Of a DNA stretch of 64,000 nucleotides, positions 24,615 to 35,547 are shown piece after piece. Made by a program: the position numbers and the translations under genes. The stretch comes from Peribolospora baueri (Eukaryota), in contig JAMDHS010000036.1 in assembly GCA_029717555.1 (NCBI GenBank), forward strand, positions 124,001-188,000. The letters are read 5' to 3'. Positions within the stretch are counted from its first letter, which is position 1. Each line of letters opens with the position of its first letter. The notes beneath the pieces are model-generated. The model made no database searches. It was not told the DNA's origin and saw only the letters and a program-made list of their open reading frames with translations.

Positions 24615-26918
24615 GCCCTTCTCCTCGCATGCTGAAATCGGAGACGTTCCATTTTGGACATTGGACGAGATTACGGCCTGAAAAGAGAAAAAAAAAAGCG
24701 GGGCAAATCAGACGCAGTGATGCCATCAACACGCCGCTTCTCGGCTGTACCGAGGCCGCTTTAAGACGGCAATACGAAGATTCAACCCGACATCACTCAC
24801 GTATTTCCCGGTTCTCGTCCATGTACCTCCGCTCTCCTCCTCCAGTTGATGCAATTGCACCCTGCTCTTCAGTCCGACGCACACGTCCGCCTTGTTCGTC
24901 CTAAGAGAAAGCAAGGTGACCCCCTCCCATCTGTCTCTTCCTGCCGCGCGCTCGGAGGGAGAAGAGCCAATGGCGTCCAGGAAAGGAGTGAGGGGATCCC
25001 ATTTGGCGTCACTGACCAGTTTACGGTAGTTCAGGTCACCCTTGAAAATAACAAGCGAGGAGTTGCGGAGGTCCGAATGAAGATCCGGGGACACGGAGCG
25101 GAGGCGCCAATATGGGTTTTGGGTCTGTGGACAAGCGGAGGCGTACGATGGACATATGAGCTTGACCGTATGAGCTTATGCGCCGCCGAAACCACCCTAT
25201 TCTCAGGGCAGGAGCATCGGCGGCCGAACAACAGACGATCATCAGAGTGGAAAAGCAACTAACAGTCCAAAACTCATCCGCACGGACTTTGATCTTGCCC
25301 TGGTCGAAATAGACCCTCCACCTCTTTAGCAGTTCATCAATTACCTCCCTCTTCCCTTCCGGGCCAGTGCCAAACACGTTGGGGTCGGCGAGGAGGGAGA
25401 AAAGAGAGTCGATGTCGGAGGGGACCACGTCGGACACAAACCAAGAAAAGTTCTTGGGGTGAAGGAAGACTTGGGAGGCGTATCCCGCATCGAGAAGGTA
25501 CGAGGTAAGGATGAGGTCCGCATAGAGCTCAAATCCTGAGCATAATGGTCATATTGATGTGGCGAAGGGGAAGTCAAAAACTCAGTATATAGCGACCTTG
25601 GCTGCTGGTGGGAAAGAGAGAGGAAGCTAAAAGCAAAGCACAAGACCTCACCAGAGTTGTCCAATACAATATCGACCCTTCCGTCCCTCAAGTTCTTGAT
25701 GTGATTCCACACCTCGTCCACGTCGTTGACGATAACGTTCTTTTGCGAGGCTGCCAAGCCAAATTAAAGAGGGGTACTGTTCAAGCTCAATGACGTCACG
25801 CACACCAGAGGGGCCATGCTCCTCCAGTCACGATGGTCGCACGAAAGCATCCGCACGTCGCACCTTTGATGGCTTCCTTCCCTTGAAGCTTCTGGATGTC
25901 CTCGTAACTCAGGTTAGTGAGAAGAGAGAGGTCCGTCGCGTTTCCCCAGAGGGATATCTGGATCATCTCGTCCTGGGGGAACGCGACAAGTTCATATCAG
26001 CCGATAGAGCATGCTCGTCAGTCCAGTGTCAATATTGACAAACAAACAATGAACTCAAACGCACGAATATGAGCATCCTAGCTTCCTCCTCCCGCGTTTC
26101 TTTCCGTCCACTCTCGAGCTCCTTGACAAGTTCGATATACCTGGCCGCCAACTCCTCGATGGCAACCTTGGACGCGACGAAGGTGGAGTCCTTCTGACGC
26201 TTGAAAATGTCGTACGTCTTCCAGCGCGGTGATTTGGAATTTGAGAAAAAGGTGTGGAGGAGGCGGTAAAGATAGCATTCTGGACGATACCATACGACGG
26301 AGGAGGGCGTTAGGACAGTGGATTTCCTCCGATCAACCATGGCGAGGGGAGCAAAGCTCACCGGTGTACAGCCACGGGGAATCTATCCACTTGGCATCCT
26401 TAAGAAAGGCGAGCTCATCATTATAGGATGCGACGTCTCCACCGCCGTCCTCTGGGATGGGCCTGCACGCAAAAAAGAGTGAGTACCGACAGTAAATTCG
26501 GTGAGGTGGAAATTGGGCCAAGTATGCCGAAAGATGCACAAGCTCACTTTAGCTTCACGTTTCCTTTGATCGCCTCTACTACTAAGGAAATCTCTTCCGC
26601 AATCCTTTCTCCTTCCTCTTTCTCCTCTTCTGTCAACGAAGCGTCCTCGGCGAGCGTCTTGAGCACGTCCTCCCGAGCGCCGTTCACGATCTTCGGCCAG
26701 CGGTCTTTGGCGGTCTCGTGCGCGAAGGTGCCCGGTACGCCCAGATGGCACCAGGCTTTAAAGAGAGGATGAGTCAAGAGACAGAGGCTTAGAGCGCGGG
26801 CATGAGGCATTTGCAAGGCTCAGTAGACCCTGCTTGATCGAAGTAGTTGCGACCCAACATGGCGCAGGAACTCACGAACATCGCAGTCGTCGGGCGAGTA
26901 TTTGCGCAGCTCGGTCAT
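23366..26918 (-). CDS. Predicted fusion protein: DUF89/ARMT1-like damage-control phosphatase + 4-amino-4-deoxychorismate lyase (class IV PLP enzyme)
   Basis: One spliced frame runs from ATG 26918 to TGA 23366. The junction intron 24678-24800 joins [43 protein letters not shown] with no stop. Confidence 0.75.
24666..26918 (-). CDS. ARMT1: DUF89/ARMT1 (YMR027W-like) metal-dependent phosphatase portion
   Basis: [104 protein letters not shown]. Confidence 0.92.
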
Positions 26919-27487
26919 AGTTTTTGGCTCGGATGGCTGATCGCTTCTATGTTTCCCTGAATCGAGCACAGGTATGGCGATTGGTTGGAAGACAAGGGGT
27001 GGTCTAGACGTAACCTTCCCGTCCGTAAACGAACCAAGCCTCATCGGTCTCGGCGAAACGACGTGGCAGGGCACGTGACCATCGATCACGCCTATTGACG
27101 CTCGGCGTCGGCCATGTTCGTAGCGGCAGCGCGACGAGGAGTACTTCGACGCCGGTGCCCGCGTTGGCGTCGTCTTGCGGCGACGTGGCCGGCTGGTCCG
27201 GTATTTTGTTGTCGGCCGGAGAAGAGTCCGTTCAACTTGGGCTGTACGTCTCGTTTGCCCAAGTCTCGCGGGCTTGGACGTTCTCTCGAAACTTCGGTGA
27301 TGTGAGTCCGTCCGGCTGGCGTAGTGTTCGCCGGACCGTGACGCGTACGATCGAAGTGATCGGCAGAGCGGATTGATTGATTTAACGGCTGCGTCCGACG
27401 TCGCCACTCGTCTTTCCTGCCTCCTTCCAACGTACCTCATCGACCGGCTAGCATCGACGTATTCGCTCCGTCCTAACACACACAGGC

Positions 27488-29397
27488 ATGCAGAGCCTTC
27501 GCTCCGCCTTTCTGCCTCTCGGCGGCACCTTCCTTCGCGGTCTCGGGGTTTCGCCCGCGGGTTCCTCCCGACTAGGACTCGGGCTAGCAGCACCCGCAAG
27601 TGGTCTTCGAGGCTTTTCTAAATCGTCCACTCGCCTTGGCCTCGAATCCTCCTTTCGGCCTCGCCGTGTCCAGCGTCCCCTGGCACAGCACGCTCAAGCG
27701 CTTCGAAGCCCCTTTCCCGTTTCCGCTGGTGCCCACGGTCGCACCTTCTCCACCACCGCTCGTCGCACAGCGCGTCAAGGGGGCCGCTTCCAGCAAGCGT
27801 TTGCGAGTCCTCACGGCGCTCTCGACGCTGATGCGCCCACTTCTATCGCTCAGCCTGGTGGATGGGCGAGGGTGCTGACTTCGCTCGGGATCATTGGCGG
27901 CACAGCCTATGCCGGTGAGTGGCGAGGAAGAGCGGCCTGGACACCGAGGCGGTCGATGGCACGATGTTTGAAGGAGCACATGAACCTGGTTAGCGACGTT
28001 TCATGACCTTCCTTCCCTTTCCCTCTCGCACCAACTACTTCAGCGAATCTCTTCTTCAACCGCGAGACCCGTGCTCCTCTCCAGCTTTTTGAGCGTGAAT
28101 ACCTCAACTCAACCTTTCGGTACCTCGCCGGGGGACTGACGATGACGGCCATTACGGTGCGTAACCAATCTCAGTAAAGGCTTTCGTCTTTTTCACTTTC
28201 CCTTGGGTTGACAAGTACAGTGCCTAATTGAACTCGGTGAAGCCCTGCTTCCTCTTATTCACTCTCTTATATCCAGGCTGTCGGCCTGCACAGGATCGGC
28301 TTCTCAAGAACGGTTATGATGGCGAATCCTTGGGTCGTACTCGGTGTGGGCCTGCTTGGCAGCATCGGTGAGCATTTGTTGCGGGCATTTCATACGCGCG
28401 CCAGGCTATCGTCAACGCCATCCATCTGAGTCAACCTCTTCTTTGCGCACATGTAGGAGGAATGATCGGCACTCTAAGCATCTCTCCAGAAAACAGGATG
28501 TCTAAGTTCGCCAGCTGGGCGCTCTTCAACTTCAGTCAAGGTGCCGTTCTCAGCCCGCTGCTATTCTTCAGCCCTGCCATTCTGGCCCGCGCCGGGCTTT
28601 ACACTGCCGGAATCATGGGGGCCCTCTGTGCGTAGACTTTCCCTCGTTAGGTCGTCAGTTGGATTCCGGCCTCTCCCTTTCACTCATTCCTCCATCCACA
28701 CTCTGTGTCTTGAAGGTTATATTGGCGCTACTGCCCGCGACGGCCAGTATCTCTGGCTCGGCGGTCCTTTGCTGGCAGGTGTCACTGTGGTAAGTATGCT
28801 TTCCGGGCCCCTTTTTCGTCATGCTGTCTAAATAGGTTACATTTTCATCCGTCCCTGCCTTTTACTCCTTCCCACTCAACCTCGCCGCCAGGTCGCCCTC
28901 TCATCCCTTGCTCCGCTCGTCCTCCCGATGACTGCCTTTCGCGCCCTCGCCGTCACCGAGGCAGTCACTCTGTATGGAGGGCTCGCCGTCTTCGGAGGCT
29001 TCATCCTTTTCGACACGCAGAAGGTCCTTCGCGACGCTGGGTTGGTCGCTAGCGGCCAGATGAAAGCCGACCCTATGGCGGAGAGCGTCGGTCTCGAGCT
29101 GGATTTGTGAGTCTCCGATGTCATCACACTCTCCTCATTGTGGCACTCACCGTCTATGTGGTTGAGGTATCGATTGATGTCCTCCCGTTACCGACTTGAC
29201 TCCATGCGTGCAGCATCAACATTTTCGTAAGTGTCACCCATCGGCCTCTGCCCTCTTCTTTCCCGGCTCGTGAGGACCATACGTTCTCACTTACGAGGCC
29301 ACGCTCGCTGAATCGGCCCATTTCTCGCTTCTTCAAACTGTCACAGGTCCGCATGGTCCAGATTCTGGCTTCGAGGGAGGGTAATAAGCGGCGTTGA
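27488..29397 (+). CDS. GHITM: Bax inhibitor-1 family mitochondrial protein (GHITM/MICS1/TMBIM5-like)
   Basis: Targeting-like N-terminus, NLFFNRETR, YLNSTFRYLAGG, MANPWVVLGVGL, FSPAILARAGLYTAG, YLWLGGPLLAG, LYGGLAVFGGFILFDTQK, LELDFINIFVRMVQIL. Confidence 0.9.
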
Positions 29398-29702
29398 CGA
29401 CGTCCGGCTATGACGACGGCCTTTTTTTTCTTTCCTTGTCGTTCTGCCTTTACCTGTCGGTCTGGCCGGTGCGCTCGTCATGTGCAAACCATGCCGTGCG
29501 CGGACGTGCCTGATCGTTGTAATCCAAGATGGTTGTAATCCAATAGTCGCAATGTATACGTAATAACGTTGTCCCCTCCCTCCCGCTTCGAAGTCCGAAA
29601 CGAAAACGGAAGTCGACCCCCTCGTCGTGCTCGGAAGCAAGCAATTATATATTAAAAAGAGGACGGGGGATGGCGGAGATGGTATTGGGAAAGAGAAAGG
29701 AT

Positions 29703-31654
29703 TCAAACGGACGGCGCAGGCTTCTTACGCGCCCAAGCGTACACCATCGTCATATAGGCGGTCTTGTTATCGTCCCACATTTCTTGCCGTGCTTGGGACA
29801 AGAAGTGTGCGATGCTGTTGTGGTTTGAGGGGGAGAGACATCTCGATAGATGAGCATCGAGATCGAGAACGCAAGGAAAAACTTGCCGGTCGTGTACGCT
29901 CTCGTAGGTGAGGAAGGGCTCGGGACTTACTATGCCTCATTGTGGTTGTCCTCGATGAGCAGGGGCCTGTCGAAGAGGATGGAGAGCGGGGGCTAAGTGA
30001 GAAGCAAAGCGAATGGACGGGAGCGACGCGTGTGAAAAAGTTCTGAACGCCTCACTTGACGAGAGGGACAGCGTATTCGATATCCTTGGCGAACCATGTC
30101 CCGGCTTGATTTGCCACCGGGTCTATCGAGCGAGCGCGACTCTGTGTTATTCCGCAATTCTTCTTGACCTTTGGACATCGACCCCAGAGGTGCTCACTCA
30201 CCAGTGCGAGAGGGGCCGAAAGGCCACTTCACGACCTCATATTGAACGTCGTACAGATCAGGATGCTCTTGCAGTAAAGGAAGAAGCTTTCGGCCCTGTT
30301 CAGAGCAGAAATGGTCAGCGGAAATGTTATGGCATGCTCCAAGACGCGGAGGACCCTTTGGAAGGTTTGGTCCGTTCACACTTACTCCAAGCGCTGTAGC
30401 TCCCTTCCCTTCCACCAGTCGGCGCAAAAGGTCGCCCAAACGACGCAGGTTCGGGACGGACTTTTCATCGGGGATTTCAAACCACTCCCAGATCTCGCAG
30501 AAGAGACCAAGTCCTCCGGGAGCGATGGCCGAGACGGCTCCTGAAATGTAGTCAGGCCAACTTTTCACGCCGTACCTAGAAGGGGAAGGTCACAGTAGCC
30601 CTTCTCAGTCGCTCGAACATACACAAGCGAGAAACTTGGGGAAGAATCCACTCAACGAGACGAAGCGAGAGTGAAGCAGGTCGTAGCGCTCATTTTCCCT
30701 TGTCTATGAGGGAGCAACGAAAACGACAAGCGGGTTGGGAGAAGAAGTGAAGCGATCAGCGGGAAGCGCGGGACGGACAGAGGGACGCGCCGAGACGCTC
30801 ACCATCCAAGGCTTGTTCAGGTCATCGATCTCAAATGTAACGTTGGGAGGCACGTCGAAAGGCTGAATGGGCACCATGTCCATGCCCGTAACGTCGCACG
30901 TGGGGAACTCGAGCGCCTGCGTAGTAGAAGGCGAGCAGTGATAAGCGACAGAGCCGAGAGAAGGAGCAACAAGAAGCAATGGGCGCGCACGCACCATTTC
31001 AATCGCCCAGATGCCCGAACCAGTCCCGACGTCGAGGACTGTTGTGATGCCAAGGCACATCACTCCATATTAGAGGCAGCGCCACGCAAGCGCATAAACC
31101 TAACGAGGAAGTGAAGAAAAGAGACACACTTCGCCTTTTTCGCGTGGCCGAAAAGTTCATCAGAACGTCCAACACGGGTGCCTTCGGATGATAGTTCCTG
31201 TCGCCCAGGAGTTTCTGGTGGATCTGTACGGGCGGATGGCAAAGGGAGGAAGGGGAAGGGAAGGGAATGAGCGAGCGTTGAATGTTCGGCGCTGCCGGTA
31301 GTAGACGGTCGCACGGAGAGCACGAGCTGTCATGCTTACCAGGTGTTGCACGTCCAACCGTGCGATCTCGTCGTCGTCGCTCGGCAGACTGTATGGGTTC
31401 TCCGTAGCATGGTACCTGCGTCCGGCTGCGTTGCGGGGATGTCCGTCACTCGCGGTTGGAGGCGTGCGCTACGCAAACATGGCAGGGCTTGACATCATAT
31501 CATGCATGCAAGGGCTCAACTCACCCTCATCTTCGCGAAAGAACGCGTCCATGCCAGAACTGCTGATGGTCATCGTGGACCTTGGTGACATGGTACCCGT
31601 CATGTCCGACTGTTGGTCATGGTCCTGGTCGTCGCGCTCTGGTTCGAGTGACAT
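29703..31654 (-). CDS. Class I SAM-dependent methyltransferase (LaeA-like/Methyltransf_23 family)
   Basis: GRRYH...[43 protein letters not shown]...[34 protein letters not shown]. Confidence 0.9.
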
Positions 31655-32189
31655 GCTGGCTGGACGACCTTGGAACGCTTTCGGAGGTTGGTTTGCAACG
31701 GAAAGACGGTGGGCTGGATGGAAGGAGGAAAGATATGGTGGGGTCGGGGGGACGAGAGAAAGGTACTTGTGGAAAATGTACACTATATCGGCCCTGTCAG
31801 TCCGTCCGGATCTCGAACCCGGTTTCGTGCGAGGTTCGGCTGCGATGGCGAAATTGAGTTTCGCGGTCTGCTTGTTTAAGGCTCGGTTTCATCTCCAATC
31901 TCGATCATATCCCAACTTAACCGACTGGCCACAAGCCATTGCTGACCTGACGAGAGAGCGTCTGACTGGAAAGAGAGAGATGCTTTGCCCGGGTTTAACG
32001 CCCTGGCCCGTACTTATATGCGCTAGTGGCATGGCGTGCAGTGCTAGCCAACCCGGCCATGTCCGCTTCTTGTCGGTCATAGCCGGCACGACGGGGTCTT
32101 GAGGATCCTCCACAAAGGGTATTACAACAATGCACAGTATCCTATTACACCTCAAACGTCGGCAGCGATTGCACTCCAGTGGTCCTCGT

Positions 32190-33404
32190 TCACGACGCCT
32201 CCGCCGCCGCCGCCGCCGCCTTCTCTTCTCCTTCCGGTTGCCGTCTCGCCTTGCCTTCTCCACCCTCTTCGCCCGCGCCGGCCGCGTCGTCACTTTCGCC
32301 CGCCTCGCCCTCCGTCTTCTTCTTCCTCCGATCGATCTCTTCGTAGAACTCGTTGGCATCGTTCATCTTCTCCACCTCCTCGTTCATCCTATCCAGCCAT
32401 CGTTGGAGCAAAGACGCGTTGTCCCGCTTCAGATCTTCGTTTCGTGCTTCGATTTGGGTGATCTCCAAAGAAAGCGCTGCGAGATCGTCTTGGAGAATCT
32501 GCGAGGGCGAGGGCAAGGGTCCATCATGAGGGCAAACGGAAAAGATAGCTTAACCGAGTGGATGAATGGCGGGCGCCTCTCCCCCTTGTCAAGTCAGCTC
32601 ACCTCGATGGCCCGCTCCTTCTCCCTTACCACGCCTTCGTGCTCCTCCGCTTTCTTCCTCATCCTTTCTCTTTCCTCTCTCAACACCCTCAGCTCCTCCT
32701 GATCCACTCGAGAAGTTTCTTCCCTCTCCCGTAGCCTCTCGTTCATTACCAGCAATCGCTGCGCGTTCTGTCCCTGTGTCTTGTATAACGACGCCATCTC
32801 ATCGCGGAGCTGGGACAGCTGCGTTTCCAGAGAGGCGACATAGGCTGCTCGGACAGGGTTGCTGTGATGTGGGAACGATGCGGGAGTGAGAAGCGAGAGG
32901 TGCGAAAGGTGTCGCGCTACAAGCAAGTTCCCGGGCAAGGACAACCCAGACTCACTCGGCCCCATCTCCACCCCCACCACCGGCAGACGCCACAGCGCCT
33001 TTCCCCTTGACAGTGCCCGTCCCTGCGTAGCCCCCTCCACCAGCTCCGTCGCTTCGGACCGAACCGGCCGCCCGAAGGAGCGACTGGTTTCGCTCTTTGA
33101 GCATGCGGGTCTGCTGCGCCAGTCGACGATCTACAGAATGATTTGTTGGCCAAAAAAGATCGAATCGACAGGGGGGATTGAATCGAAAGAAAAGTTAGCC
33201 AGTCCGTCCAAAGTACTACGCTCCATTCTCAATATTGGATTGAGAAAACCAAAGATTGAAAACGAAAGAGAGACCGATAGCAAGATATCAAATCCCCTCA
33301 CAGCTCTCAATAAACCCCAAATAAGCCTTCTCCCTCGTATCCCTCTCCTCTAGTCTCTGTCGCAATATTTCTTGCCACGGTACGCCCGCGGCCATCGTGG
33401 CCAT
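32190..33404 (-). CDS. ATG16: Autophagy protein Atg16 (coiled-coil, no WD40)
   Basis: WQEILRQRLEERD...FIESY, AYVASLETQLSQLRDEMASLYKTQGQNAQRLLVMNE, ILQDDLAALSLE...NASLLQRWLDRMNEEVEKMNDAN. Confidence 0.9.
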
Positions 33405-34274
33405 CGTATGCGGGTTGATCGGTCACTGGCGGTGGCGGTCGCAGTTGGTTCGCTCCCGAGCGCTCTTGCTCGCCCCGTTCGTCCGTCCGATTGCGCGAGC
33501 GTCGATGGAGCGCGAGCACAAAATAGGTGAAGCAGGGAGCGAGAGGAAATAGTCAGAGCCAGAAGACTTGCTCTACGCGTCTAATAAGCCGCAGGGGATG
33601 TAGAACTGCACCTGTGAGGCCGGGAGAGTTGAACGAGTGGTGGCCCTTGCTTACCGCAGTGCGGGGCACGTGCCGACCAGGGGTATCTACTCAAGATCCC
33701 CTGGACGCATTCGACGTACTTCGCAAACGCCTTCGGTGTGAAGTGGTCGAACGGCACGCAGAAAAGAACGAAGCGAAGGAGAAAAATCCTTCGTCGCCAG
33801 CTCCCTTGCGTCATTCACCGCATAGTTTATTTTGTTGTCCTCATTCCGCTGACAAGTCCAACTCTGACATGGAAATCGGACCCACTTCTCCTGGCGACCC
33901 TGCAACCGTTTGTACGCTCGAGCCAAAATGTTTTCCTGCACGTCCAATCTTCATGTCTTCATGGCGGTGACAACTACTATCGCCGCATCTATCCTGGTAG
34001 TCACAAGATGCGCTTACACGCCTCGAACGCAGTTGATTCCGTCGGATCAGGCACCCTTCGACGCGATAAGGTTCATAGAATGAACTTCGGTATACAATGT
34101 TCCCTTGACTAACTTTGAATGTCAATGTGCTCTGATTTACGGTTCTCGGCAGGGTGAAGCCTTGCATATTTCCCCAATCGCCTTAGCAACGTGTCCCCTT
34201 GGAATTAGAGCAACCGTTCATCGCCTCGAACTTGTCGATGCGGACGATATTGGACGTCCCACGCTTCCGTGGTA

Positions 34275-35547
34275 TCAGGTCAGGTTGTTGAAAAGACGGT
34301 CTCCCTGGGAGGGTGAAATGGGAAGAGCAACTGAGTTAACGGCATCAACGGCATAGCATCGACGAGACTGGTCTGCAACGCACAGAGTCACCGAGGCCAG
34401 GGAGGATATATCCCGCATCCGAGAGCGTTTCATCCACTGCTCCGACCCTGGTAGGTTAAATAGAGAAGCACATCGTGGAGCCCCAAATTGAGCAAGCAAC
34501 GATAGCGAACGGGGAAGCGATAGGCGGTCCCAGTTCATTAACAAAGTACGCGGAGCCGACACTCACCAAAGCTGGATGTCGGGACACTCGGCGAGGACGT
34601 GCTCGACGCCCTTCCTGGAGCCGAGGATGCACAGAAAGTGAATTTTGTCAAAGGGGATTCCCCATTCGTTCTGATAGCGTCAAATTGCATCACATTACGT
34701 AGCTCAGTTCAGGCGTTCAAATAGGGCATCCAATGATGAAAGGAGTCCTTGAAGGTCGCATTCACTCACGATCATCTTGACACACGCAATTGCCGTTCCA
34801 CCGGTCGCAATAAGCGGATCAAGGATAAAGACGGTGTCCACGTTGGGCTGGGCCGGCAGCTTGGAGTAGTACTCGACGGGCTGAATGACGAGCGCGAGAG
34901 ACAAGAAGAAAGGGATTAGATTAGATCGACGCGTATAGAGGAGGGAAAAAGAAAAGGATCTATGGGAGCTCATTCAATGTCATCTCACCTGAAGCGTGAA
35001 CTTTTCCCTAAATAAGCCGATATGCTGCACGACGGTCTGGGGCGGGAAGAGGTCGAGAAGAGCTACAGGCAAGAGAAGCAGGGAGAAAGGTGAGAGGGGA
35101 AGGAAACGATACTTCTCCCATCAGGGTGGGCGCAGCAACAAATACAACAATGAGCAATTGGAAGGTGCCTATTTCACTCACCATCCGTCATACCCAGACC
35201 TGCGCGAAGGATGGGTACAAGGCCGATGCGGTCCTGAGATTCGGTTGGTCCGAAGAGAGGGGCAGTGAAACGGGAAGGAACAGCATAGTGAGAAGCCTTT
35301 TCTCCCCGCCGTCAGCGCCACCTCACATCCAGAAGAAGCTCACCGCCAGCTCCTCTCCTGAAAAGGTCTGGAAAGGACTCTGAAGACCGTCGACCTTCTT
35401 AGTGGGGAGGCCCTTGCTGGCCTCGATGGCGAGGATGGAGGAGATGTCCTTGACGAGGGCGCGGAACTGCTTCGAGTCAGCCCATACTTGGCGAAGGAGG
35501 GTGAGCTTGGAGGAGAGAAGAGGATGCTGGACGACGTGGAGGGACAT
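34275..35547 (-). CDS. FUR1: Uracil phosphoribosyltransferase
   Basis: HPLLSSKLTLLR, IGLVPILRAGLGMTD, HIGLFRE, PVEYYSKLP, ILDPLIATGGTA (PRPP-binding), AVDETL...YILPGLGDSGDRLFN. Confidence 0.92.

Noticed and set aside
29703..31654. Methyltransferase as a marker of a secondary-metabolite cluster
   Set aside because: No PKS, NRPS, terpene synthase or tailoring genes are nearby; the neighbours are housekeeping genes.
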